The position numbers were made by a program, and so were the translations under genes. This document shows, one piece after another, positions 36,767 through 44,398 of a stretch of 64,000 bases of DNA. The stretch is from Patescibacteria group bacterium (lineage in GTDB: Bacteria; Patescibacteriota; Microgenomatia; UBA12405), in the NCBI GenBank assembly GCA_038062455.1, contig JBBTXE010000001.1:122371-186370 (forward strand), written 5' to 3'. The notes beneath the pieces are model-generated. The model was not told the DNA's origin. It ran no database searches and saw nothing but the letters and a program-made list of their open reading frames with translations. The first letter of the stretch is position 1; every line of letters starts with the position of its first letter.

Positions 36767-37621
36767 ATGAATATCATGAAATTTCGTCCCCTATTTTTTC
36801 TTATCTCGGCCTCTCTTATAGGTCTTTCCTTGTTTTCTATCACCAAATGGGGTTATAGACATTCCGAAGATTTTAAAGGCGGTGCCACCTTCGAAATAAA
36901 AATGCCCAATATAAAGGATAAATCAAAAATAGAGAAAATATTTAATGATCAAAATGTCGGCCTAAGATCTCTTTCCGGGTTATCCGGCACCTATACCATC
37001 AAATTTTTAGATATTCCCCAGGATAAAAAACTAAAATTGGAAGAAAGTCTTAGGGCCCTGGATAAGGATATGGAAGTTTTGCAATTTAGTACCCGCGGCC
37101 CAAGTTTAGGAAAAGAGCTTATCAAAAAGACTATTTTTGCCATTATTCTTTCCTCTCTGGCCCTGCTTCTATTTATTGGTTCCCGTTTTTCTGATTTTTC
37201 CTTTGGTGCCGGCGCTGTTTTGGCCATGTTTCACGATTCCTTTATCCTTATTGGCATGTTTTCCCTTTTAGGACACTTTTTTGAGGCTGAATTGGACACT
37301 CTCTTTGTTACTGCCCTTTTAACCACTCTCTCGGCTTCAGTTCATGATACCGTGGTTACCTTTGACCGGATCCGGGAACTTAAGCGTTTAAGTTACACCA
37401 ATTCCTGGACCGAGCTGGCCAATCGGGCAGTTACCGAAGTAATTGTCCGTTCAGTCAACAACTCCATGACCATTATCTTTATGTTATTGTCACTTGTTGT
37501 TCTTGGCGGCCCGACCACCCGTTGGTTTGCCGCCGCTCTGCTTATTGGTGTCGTTTGCGGCACCTATTCCAGTACCGCCGTCGCCATTCCCTTAGTTTTG
37601 TTGTTCAAAAGAAAAAAATGA
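36767..37621 (+). CDS. secF: Protein translocase subunit SecF
   Basis: DFKGGATFEI, FHDSFILIGMFSL, HDTVVTFDRIRE. Confidence 0.9.
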   Translation: MNIMKFRPLFFLISASLIGLSLFSITKWGYRHSEDFKGGATFEIKMPNIKDKSKIEKIFNDQNVGLRSLSGLSGTYTIKFLDIPQDKKLKLEESLRALDKDMEVLQFSTRGPSLGKELIKKTIFAIILSSLALLLFIGSRFSDFSFGAGAVLAMFHDSFILIGMFSLLGHFFEAELDTLFVTALLTTLSASVHDTVVTFDRIRELKRLSYTNSWTELANRAVTEVIVRSVNNSMTIIFMLLSLVVLGGPTTRWFAAALLIGVVCGTYSSTAVAIPLVLLFKRKK

Positions 37622-37833
37622 AAACTGTTATCGAACAAAATTTTGAAATTGAAAATGGGTTTGTAATTTTTAAGGACCGGATTTTATTGGGTCCCAATAA
37701 CGCCTGGTTGCCAGACGTACCTCAGTCCAGAAAAAATCCAAGTATTAGACAACCAAGATTTTTACGAGGTTCTTACCTGAGTACTCAACAGGCTATTGAT
37801 GAACATTATCAAACAGACATGCACGTTGCCTAA
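37618..37833 (+). CDS. Hypothetical small protein (71 aa)
   Basis: ATGA overlap with the secF stop. ORF only. Confidence 0.35.
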   Translation: MKTVIEQNFEIENGFVIFKDRILLGPNNAWLPDVPQSRKNPSIRQPRFLRGSYLSTQQAIDEHYQTDMHVA

Positions 37834-39185
37834 GCCAGCTTTTTTATTTTCTCCAACAATATTTCTCTTTCATTTAATTTCGGATTCTCCTCAACTTCAG
37901 CAAAAAGTTTAGTTAAAACTTCCCCCACTTTTCGCCCCGGTCTGATTTTTAAAATCTCCATCACATCCTCGCCGTTTACTTTTAAGTCTTTTATCGAAAA
38001 CGGTTGTTTTTGAACTTCAATCAATCTTTTTTTGAACAGTTCCCAGCGCCAGGAACTCTCGCGGGCGCCGCTGCCAATCCGGTCTCCGCGGCGAAGCGCT
38101 ATCATATCTCCCAAATATGGAACTGTCACATTACGAATAAAGCGTCTCACTGCCTTATCTGTCTGCATTTCACTGGCCGTGAACATATGCCAGCGGACCA
38201 AAATAAACAACTTTTGTAGTTCCTCGTTTGATAATTTCAATCTCTTGCCGATAGCCACCGCCATCCGGCTGCCAATCACCTCATGATTGTAAAATGTGTT
38301 TTCCCCATTAATTTCTTTTATCGTTTTGGCCTTGCCGATATCATGTAAAAAAGCCGCCAGCCGGGTTAGGGGATCCGTCGATTCGCAGTTATTGAGAGTT
38401 TCCAGGCCATGTTTCCAGACATCATAAACATGATGTCCTTTTTGGGCCATACCTACTCCCAGAAGCATATCCGGCATAATCTGCTCCAAAATACCGCTAT
38501 TTTTAAGTATTATCATTCCGTCTCCGGGGTGATCCGATTTTAAAATTAAAAATAGTTCCTCCCGAATTCTTTCTCCGGCAATTTTCTGAAGCAACTTAGC
38601 ATTTTTTTGGATACTGGCAAAAGTTTTTTCTTCAATTTTAAATTTTAATTGAGCCGACAGTCGTACCGCCCGCATCATTCGCAAGGCGTCCTCCGTCAAT
38701 CTTTCGTCCGGATTCCCCACCGCCCGAATAATTTTATTTTTCAAATCCTCTTGACCATTAAATAAATCAATAATTCGTAATTCGTAATTTTGAGTCTTAC
38801 GAAATCCTGTGGACGTAATTCGTAATTGAATGGCCATCGCATTTATTGTAAAATCGCGCCTTTGTAAATCTTCCTCAATTGTCTTCCCCCACTCCACTAC
38901 ATCCGGATGGCGGGAATCGCTATAGTTCTTCTCGGTTCTATAGGTGGTAATTTCATATATATCTTTTCCTGATACCACTGAAAAAGTGCCGAAAGCATTA
39001 TTGCAAAAACTGTTTTTAGGAAAAATCTTTTTCATTTCCTCCGGAGTCAGGTTAGTGGCAAAGTCCCAGTCATAAATCTCCCGACCCATCATCATATCTC
39101 TCACCGCCCCACCAACTATATAGATCTCTGCGTTCGCAGAGATAAACTTCTTCATCAAATCAATTACCTTCTTTGGCAATTCCAC
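37830..39185 (-). CDS. cca: CCA-adding enzyme (tRNA nucleotidyltransferase with HD domain)
   Basis: YIVGGAVRDMMMGREIYDWDFAT, RRDFTINAMA, HD domain FLHDIGK. Confidence 0.88.
   Translation of the reverse strand: MELPKKVIDLMKKFISANAEIYIVGGAVRDMMMGREIYDWDFATNLTPEEMKKIFPKNSFCNNAFGTFSVVSGKDIYEITTYRTEKNYSDSRHPDVVEWGKTIEEDLQRRDFTINAMAIQLRITSTGFRKTQNYELRIIDLFNGQEDLKNKIIRAVGNPDERLTEDALRMMRAVRLSAQLKFKIEEKTFASIQKNAKLLQKIAGERIREELFLILKSDHPGDGMIILKNSGILEQIMPDMLLGVGMAQKGHHVYDVWKHGLETLNNCESTDPLTRLAAFLHDIGKAKTIKEINGENTFYNHEVIGSRMAVAIGKRLKLSNEELQKLFILVRWHMFTASEMQTDKAVRRFIRNVTVPYLGDMIALRRGDRIGSGARESSWRWELFKKRLIEVQKQPFSIKDLKVNGEDVMEILKIRPGRKVGEVLTKLFAEVEENPKLNEREILLEKIKKLA
38771..38828. repeat. Composite repeat insertion in cca (taattcg heptamers flanking a ttgagtcttacgaaatcc core)
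   Basis: taattcgtaattcgtaattTTGAGTCTTACGAAATCCtgtggacgtaattcgtaattg, encoding QLRITSTGFRKTQNYELR in frame. The core recurs at 60993-61012. Confidence 0.7.
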
Positions 39186-39241
39186 ACCCTATTTTACATG
39201 ATTAATTCCGTCTGCCTAATTACTTTTCATCAACTTAAGTC

Positions 39242-39613
39242 TTATCTATTATTTTCCTTACCACTCCTCGGACTCCACTCAATCTCAACCTGGCCAAGAT
39301 CTTTGACACGAGCCATAATCGGAAACCCGTCTCTAATCGGTTGTCCGGGCTGGGGTGTCCATGCTTCTCCCCGTCTTGTAAGTTTAATTTGATTCTTTTC
39401 CGGACCATTAGGTGCCAAAAATACTCCTCTCTCGTCGGTGTTATAGACTTCTAAAAACGCTCTCAACCCATTTAGATACACCGATCGGATTGTGTCGGAG
39501 CCATTAGCTCTTTGTGAATCACCCTCGATTGTTTCAAGATAATTTCTTGGATTTCTTTTCTCACCTCTAAATCTAGATGAAAAATATATAACCCCCTTAA
39601 TTATGGTTGTCAT
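39242..39613 (-). CDS. Hypothetical protein (123 aa)
   Basis: ORF only. Start moved to MTTIIKG. Arg/Gly/Pro-rich, no signal peptide. Confidence 0.35.
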   Translation of the reverse strand: MTTIIKGVIYFSSRFRGEKRNPRNYLETIEGDSQRANGSDTIRSVYLNGLRAFLEVYNTDERGVFLAPNGPEKNQIKLTRRGEAWTPQPGQPIRDGFPIMARVKDLGQVEIEWSPRSGKENNR

Positions 39614-39734
39614 TAAGGGTAATTTAACAAATATAAGATATAAAGTCAAAGAAAAGGAGTTGGTATGGGTTTGTTTTATCCCAAAACCCCCCAACATAAC
39701 GTCGGAGGGTTTTAAAATTTACCGAAAAGATAAC

Positions 39735-39998
39735 TTACAGAGTTTTTTCCGGACGGGGTAATGCTTCCTTAACGACCATTTTTCGGCCGTCATGGTCACT
39801 ACCATCAAGTTGCGCGACTGCTTTAGCCGCGTCTTCATCAGTTTCAAATTCCACGAAACCGAATCCGCGACTGCGCTGATTCATCTTGTCTATAACTACG
39901 TTAGCGTCTACCACTTTCCCGATAGCCGAGAAGAGCTCGCGGAGTTGGTCGCTAGTCATGGTATAGGGTAAATTCCCTACAAAAAGCTTTTTTGCCAT
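39735..39998 (-). CDS. RRM-type RNA-binding protein
   Basis: RNP2 KLFVGNL and RNP1 RGFGFVEF. Start moved to MAKKLFVGNL. Confidence 0.87.
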   Translation of the reverse strand: MAKKLFVGNLPYTMTSDQLRELFSAIGKVVDANVVIDKMNQRSRGFGFVEFETDEDAAKAVAQLDGSDHDGRKMVVKEALPRPEKTL

Positions 39999-40048
39999 TC
40001 TTTCCGCCTGATTTGTTAAATAAAAATAAAAATTGTTGACTCCAGGCT

Positions 40049-41662
40049 TTGTCAACGCCCAATTATAGCATAAAATGGGGCATGTTCCTCCTTGATCAAG
40101 ACTCCGACCCCAAGACCATACTAAGGCTTCTTTTAAAAAACCGCGGTATTGATGCCGTCAACTTTCACGAGTTTTTAAAGCCTTCTTTTCCTAAAAATTA
40201 TTTAAAGTTAGCCAAAGCCATCAAATTAATCAAAAATTCTTTAACCAAAAACATTCTTATCTATGGTGATTATGACGTTGACGGTATTATCAGTTCTACT
40301 ATTTTGTATCAGTCTCTCAAAAGCCATAATCCTCACACTTTCGCTTATCTTCCTCACCGGGAAAGAGATGGTTATGGAATAAAGGCTACCTCTTTTTTAA
40401 AATTTCAAGAATCTAATAAAATCACTTTTGATTTATTGATCACTGTTGACAATGGTATTGTCGCCGGAGAAGAGTTTAAAAAAATATTAAAAGAACAACC
40501 GGAGTTAAAAATTTTGATTGTTGACCATCATTTGCCTGATAAAAGTAGAGACGTAGCGCGCTACGTCTCTACTGGTATTGAAATTGTTCATTCCACCGAT
40601 ACTTCCGCCTCCGCTTTGGCCTATTTTCTATCCAAAGAACTAACAGCCGACACCGATTTAGGCCTAGCCGCCCTCGGGGTGGTCGCCGATTGTTTGCCCC
40701 TAACCGGCATCAACCGCCAAATTGTGGTCCACGGTCTAAAGTCACTTCGATTTAACCCACCCTTACCCCTAAAACTATTATTAGACACTGTCGGGGTAAA
40801 ACCGGATTCCCTGTCAGTTTATGATTTGAGTTTTATCGTCGCTCCCCGCCTCAATGCTGCCGGCCGCCTCGACGATCCCACCTTAGCCTTTTCTTTTCTT
40901 AATTCCGAAACCGGAGAAGATGCCGGAAACTTTCTATCACTTTTAAATCGTCACAATCAAAACCGTCAGGATTTGGAAAAAAAATCATTAGAAATTGCTG
41001 AAAAAAATGTAGTCATAAAAGATAATTTTATTTTTATTAGTGATAATACTTTTCATCCGGGTGTTATTGGATTAATTGCTGGCCGTCTGACTGAAAAATA
41101 TCATTTACCGTCAATTATCATTTCCGAAGGAGGGGATTTTGCCCGTGGTTCCTGTCGCTCGATTAAAGGCTACCATATCACCAACATTTTGCGACAGTTT
41201 GATGAACTGTTTATTGACCTTGGCGGCCATGCCGCCGCTGCTGGTTTTAGTATTTCTCTTTCAAATATTCCCAAATTAAAAAAGAAATTAGAAAAATATT
41301 TTGCCTCTTCACCGCTAACTACTTTTGACCCTCTGGCTGCTGTCGATGCCCAAATGACGCTGGAAGCGGTTACTTCAAAAAATATTAAATATATTAATTT
41401 ATTGGCTCCCTTTGGAATTGGTAACCCCACCCCAACCTTTTATTTTAAAGACATTGTCGTTACTTCTTTACGCCAAATCGGCAGTACTGGTGATCATCTG
41501 AAATTTAAATTTGGCACCCTCGATGCCGTCGCCTTCCGCCAAGGCAAATTATTCTCCAGTTTAAAAGTTGGCCAGCCTCTCTCCTTCATCGCCTCTCTCG
41601 ACCTCAACACCTGGAACGGCACCACCTCCCCCCAGTTGATAATTAAGGAAATTCTTATATAA
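40049..41662 (+). CDS. recJ: Single-stranded-DNA-specific exonuclease RecJ
   Basis: DHH motifs IYGDYDVDGI, TVDNG, VDHH. DHHA1 GGHAAAAGF. Alternative ATG start at 40082. Confidence 0.88.
   Translation: MSTPNYSIKWGMFLLDQDSDPKTILRLLLKNRGIDAVNFHEFLKPSFPKNYLKLAKAIKLIKNSLTKNILIYGDYDVDGIISSTILYQSLKSHNPHTFAYLPHRERDGYGIKATSFLKFQESNKITFDLLITVDNGIVAGEEFKKILKEQPELKILIVDHHLPDKSRDVARYVSTGIEIVHSTDTSASALAYFLSKELTADTDLGLAALGVVADCLPLTGINRQIVVHGLKSLRFNPPLPLKLLLDTVGVKPDSLSVYDLSFIVAPRLNAAGRLDDPTLAFSFLNSETGEDAGNFLSLLNRHNQNRQDLEKKSLEIAEKNVVIKDNFIFISDNTFHPGVIGLIAGRLTEKYHLPSIIISEGGDFARGSCRSIKGYHITNILRQFDELFIDLGGHAAAAGFSISLSNIPKLKKKLEKYFASSPLTTFDPLAAVDAQMTLEAVTSKNIKYINLLAPFGIGNPTPTFYFKDIVVTSLRQIGSTGDHLKFKFGTLDAVAFRQGKLFSSLKVGQPLSFIASLDLNTWNGTTSPQLIIKEILI
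40544..40573 (+). repeat. GTAGAGACG palindromic element, copy 2 (in frame in recJ)
   Basis: agtagagacgtagcg|cgctacgtctctact is a perfect 30-nt palindrome encoding KSRDVARYVST, just after the DHH motif. Confidence 0.9.
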
Positions 41663-41674
41663 TATGGGTCAAGT
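41605..41674 (+). repeat. Duplication unit boundary R0 (recJ 3' end + TATAAT box)
   Basis: caacacctggaacggcaccacctccccccagttgataattaaggaaattcttatataatatgggtcaagt. Near-identical copies at 42027 and 42435. Confidence 0.9.
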
Positions 41675-42013
41675 ATGGCAAAAAATTATGATAAAGCCGC
41701 AGTTGTTATTGCCCAAGGCCCAAAAGGATGGTTGGAAACTTTTAATTTACACTATGGCTCGGAATTAACTGGCATAGGCGTACGTGCTGACCTTACTACT
41801 AATCGGGTAACTTTTGATCGACGAATTAACAAAGTCACTGTTGTTGATGCTGGTGGGATCGAAATAGTTAGGCGAAAATTACCCTTTATCGGTCAACCAA
41901 TTAAAGTTGGTGTCCCTCCTGCGACTCCTGAACCTGAAAGCGCAATTCGAATTTTGTTTGAGGATGTTATTGGGCAAAAGGCCGCTATTTTGGGTCTAAA
42001 AGTCGAAACATAA
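41675..42013 (+). CDS. Novel small protein, paralog 1 of 3 (112 aa)
   Basis: Shares YD.AAV, TNR(V/I)TF, KVT..D.G....V(R/K)R.LPF..PI.VG(V/I)P.A.P.P...IRI.F.D with the next two ORFs. Confidence 0.6.
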   Translation: MAKNYDKAAVVIAQGPKGWLETFNLHYGSELTGIGVRADLTTNRVTFDRRINKVTVVDAGGIEIVRRKLPFIGQPIKVGVPPATPEPESAIRILFEDVIGQKAAILGLKVET

Positions 42014-42026
42014 TCAGCCTAAATTT

Positions 42027-42095
42027 CAACACCTGGAACAACACCACCTCCCCCCAGTTGATTATTAAGGAAATTATTATATAATATAGGTTAAT
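42027..42095 (+). repeat. Duplication unit boundary R1 (copy of recJ 3' end + TATAAT)
   Basis: caacacctggaacaacaccacctccccccagttgattattaaggaaattattatataatataggttaat. Confidence 0.9.
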
Positions 42096-42431
42096 ATGAC
42101 AAAACGATATGATAGAGCTGCTGTTTTATATGCACACGATTATCTGTCGGGAAATGCAAAAAAATTTGAATTACATTATAATCACGGGATACCTAGCGTG
42201 GGTATAACAAATGTCAACCCCGATACTAATCGAATAACTTTTGCCCCCGATATTAAAAAAGTCACAATAGCTGACACCGGTAATACCACAATGGTTAAAA
42301 GAAGATTACCCTTTTGTCCGCCAATCGAAGTTGGTATTCCCGCCGCGTCCCCCGACCCCTATCAGGGAATCCGAATTTACTTTAAAGACCCAGATGGAAA
42401 ACCAGCGTCCATTCATGGCCTGGAATCATAA
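42096..42431 (+). CDS. Novel small protein, paralog 2 of 3 (111 aa)
   Basis: See paralog 1. Confidence 0.6.
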   Translation: MTKRYDRAAVLYAHDYLSGNAKKFELHYNHGIPSVGITNVNPDTNRITFAPDIKKVTIADTGNTTMVKRRLPFCPPIEVGIPAASPDPYQGIRIYFKDPDGKPASIHGLES

Positions 42432-42434
42432 TAT

Positions 42435-42486
42435 CCTCCCCCCAGTTGCTAATCAAGGAAATTTTTGTATAATATAGGTTAAATAT
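42435..42486 (+). repeat. Duplication unit boundary R2 (shorter, more diverged copy)
   Basis: cctccccccagttgctaatcaaggaaatttttgtataatataggttaaatat. Confidence 0.85.
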
Positions 42487-42825
42487 ATGACAGAAGATAA
42501 AGCCGCCTCTATTTTCATCATAGATCCGAGAGGAATACAAATCGGATCAGATTTGAGATTTAATACGGCATATCCCGATTTTGATATCATCAAAATCCAT
42601 CTCGGCTCCAAACGAATAACTTTCTCTGAGAGAGTTACCAGGGTTGATGTTTTCGACGCCGGCGGTATTCAAACGGTTAAACGTAGATTTTCCGGTATCT
42701 GTAAACCATTCGAAATTGGTATCCCACCTCCAACCCCTAAACCCGTAGAGGGAGTCAGAATTCGCTATAAAGATAGAAAAAATGAACCGGTAGTAATTTT
42801 AGGTATGCTTTCATCTTCTATCTAA
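42487..42825 (+). CDS. Novel small protein, paralog 3 of 3 (112 aa)
   Basis: Most diverged copy. Retains KRITFSERVTRVDVFDAGGIQTVKRRF...FEIGIPPPTPKP..G(V)RIRYKD. Confidence 0.6.
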   Translation: MTEDKAASIFIIDPRGIQIGSDLRFNTAYPDFDIIKIHLGSKRITFSERVTRVDVFDAGGIQTVKRRFSGICKPFEIGIPPPTPKPVEGVRIRYKDRKNEPVVILGMLSSSI

Positions 42826-42849
42826 TTGTCAAAGAAATATTAATGGTGT

Positions 42850-43054
42850 AAAATGATCTAAAGCGTTTGATCCCGGCCAACACCGGGAGAGCTAAGGGAA
42901 GAACGGCGGCAGCCCATTAGAACCCTTCAGAAATCCAACTGCAAACCGGATAACGTGTGTCGAGGGTAATCCCGAGATCCGCCTGTGGTGGATCGCAATC
43001 GGAGCACGAAAAGTTATTTCGTAAACTCTACCTCCGATACTCGGAGGTTTTTTT
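42850..43054 (+). promoter_or_regulatory. Structured 5' leader of aspS with terminator/antiterminator alternative (possible T-box-like riboswitch)
   Basis: About 200 nt, GC-rich, no ORF. Contains gggagagc, a long-range ggcgg/ccgcc pairing, guGGUGGaucgc (T-box-like), ccgGAUAacg (possible Asp specifier), and aucggag (43008-43014) that can pair with cuccgau (43033-43039) inside the terminator. Confidence 0.5.
43031..43054 (+). terminator. Intrinsic terminator 15 nt upstream of the aspS start
   Basis: cctccga-tac-tcggagg followed by ttttttt. Confidence 0.8.
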
Positions 43055-43069
43055 ATTTATAATTAAACT

Positions 43070-44398
43070 ATGCCAAGAACACTCATCAAAGACACTCCAG
43101 CCAAAATCGGTCAAACAATAACCATTAAAGGCTGGGTCAATAGTATCCGAAATTACGGCAAATTAGCCTTTGCCGACATCCGTGACCGCTCCGGCCTCCT
43201 CCAGGTAGTCGGCGGTAAAGATCTTGGTGCTCTCAAGGTCGAATCGGTTGTCGAAATCACCGGGACTGTCCGTTCCCGCGATGCCAAATATTTTAATGAC
43301 AAATTGCTCACCGGCAAAATCGAGATGGAGGTCAAAGAGTTAAAACTTCTGTCTCCCGCCGCCGAATTACCCTTTGATATTCATCAGCCCGATCTCAATG
43401 TTTCCCTTCCGGTTCTACTTGATTATCGGACCCTTAGTTTTCGCCATCCCAAAATTCAGGCCATTTTTAAAATCCAGGAAGTAGTCATCGACTCTTTTCG
43501 CCAAGCCTTAAAAGCCCGGGATTTTTTTGAATTTCAATCTCCATCAATGATTTCTTCCGTTCCCGAAGGCGGGGCTGACGTTTTTAAAGTCAAATATTTT
43601 GATTACGAAGTTTATCTCTCTCAAAGCCCCCAACTGTACAAATCCCTTCTCGTTTCCGCTTTTGAAAGGGTATTTTCGGTTAACAAAATATTTAGAGCCG
43701 AACCCAGTGTCACTACCCGGCATTTAACCGAAGTAGTTAGCCTTGATGCCGAATTTGGTTTTATCGATTCCTGGATTGAGGTCAAGGATATGGCCGAATA
43801 TACAATTAAATTCGTTTTAAACGAGGTCGTCAAAAAATGTCCGGCTGAACTAACTCTTTTTGGTGCCACTGTTCCGGCGGTACCAAAAAAAATTCCCTTT
43901 ATTAAATTGCGGGATGCGCAACAGATTATTTTTGAACGCACCGGTCGCGATTGCCGCCAGGAAAAAGATCCTTCTCCTGATGATGAGCGGGAAATATGTA
44001 AATGGGCCAAAGAAACCCACCAGTCCGATTTGGTATTTATTACTCACTATCCCACTAAAACCCGGCCATTTTATACTTATCCTGATGATGACAATCCCGA
44101 ATTTAATCAGGGCTTTGATTTAATTGGTCGGGGGGTTGAATGGCTCACCGGGGGCCGGCGAATTCATGATTACGCCGCCATCATGGAACACGTCAAAGAG
44201 TGGGGGATTGACCCAAAAAATATCGACCTCTATCTTCAAGCCCTCAAATTCGGCCTGCCCCCTCTTGGCGGTTTTGCCTTTGGTGCCGAAAGAATTACTA
44301 TGCAAATATTAAATCTGGCCAATGTTCGCGAAGCCTCGCTTTTTCCCCGGGACATGGAAAGAGTTGATTCCCGATTATCAAATGCTAAAAAAGATTAA
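43070..44398 (+). CDS. aspS: Aspartate--tRNA ligase (archaeal/type-2-like, 442 aa)
   Basis: OB-fold N-terminus (GWVNSIRNYGKLAFADIRDRSG). Class II motifs FRAEPS..TRHLTE and GFAFGAERITM. Confidence 0.92.
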   Translation: MPRTLIKDTPAKIGQTITIKGWVNSIRNYGKLAFADIRDRSGLLQVVGGKDLGALKVESVVEITGTVRSRDAKYFNDKLLTGKIEMEVKELKLLSPAAELPFDIHQPDLNVSLPVLLDYRTLSFRHPKIQAIFKIQEVVIDSFRQALKARDFFEFQSPSMISSVPEGGADVFKVKYFDYEVYLSQSPQLYKSLLVSAFERVFSVNKIFRAEPSVTTRHLTEVVSLDAEFGFIDSWIEVKDMAEYTIKFVLNEVVKKCPAELTLFGATVPAVPKKIPFIKLRDAQQIIFERTGRDCRQEKDPSPDDEREICKWAKETHQSDLVFITHYPTKTRPFYTYPDDDNPEFNQGFDLIGRGVEWLTGGRRIHDYAAIMEHVKEWGIDPKNIDLYLQALKFGLPPLGGFAFGAERITMQILNLANVREASLFPRDMERVDSRLSNAKKD

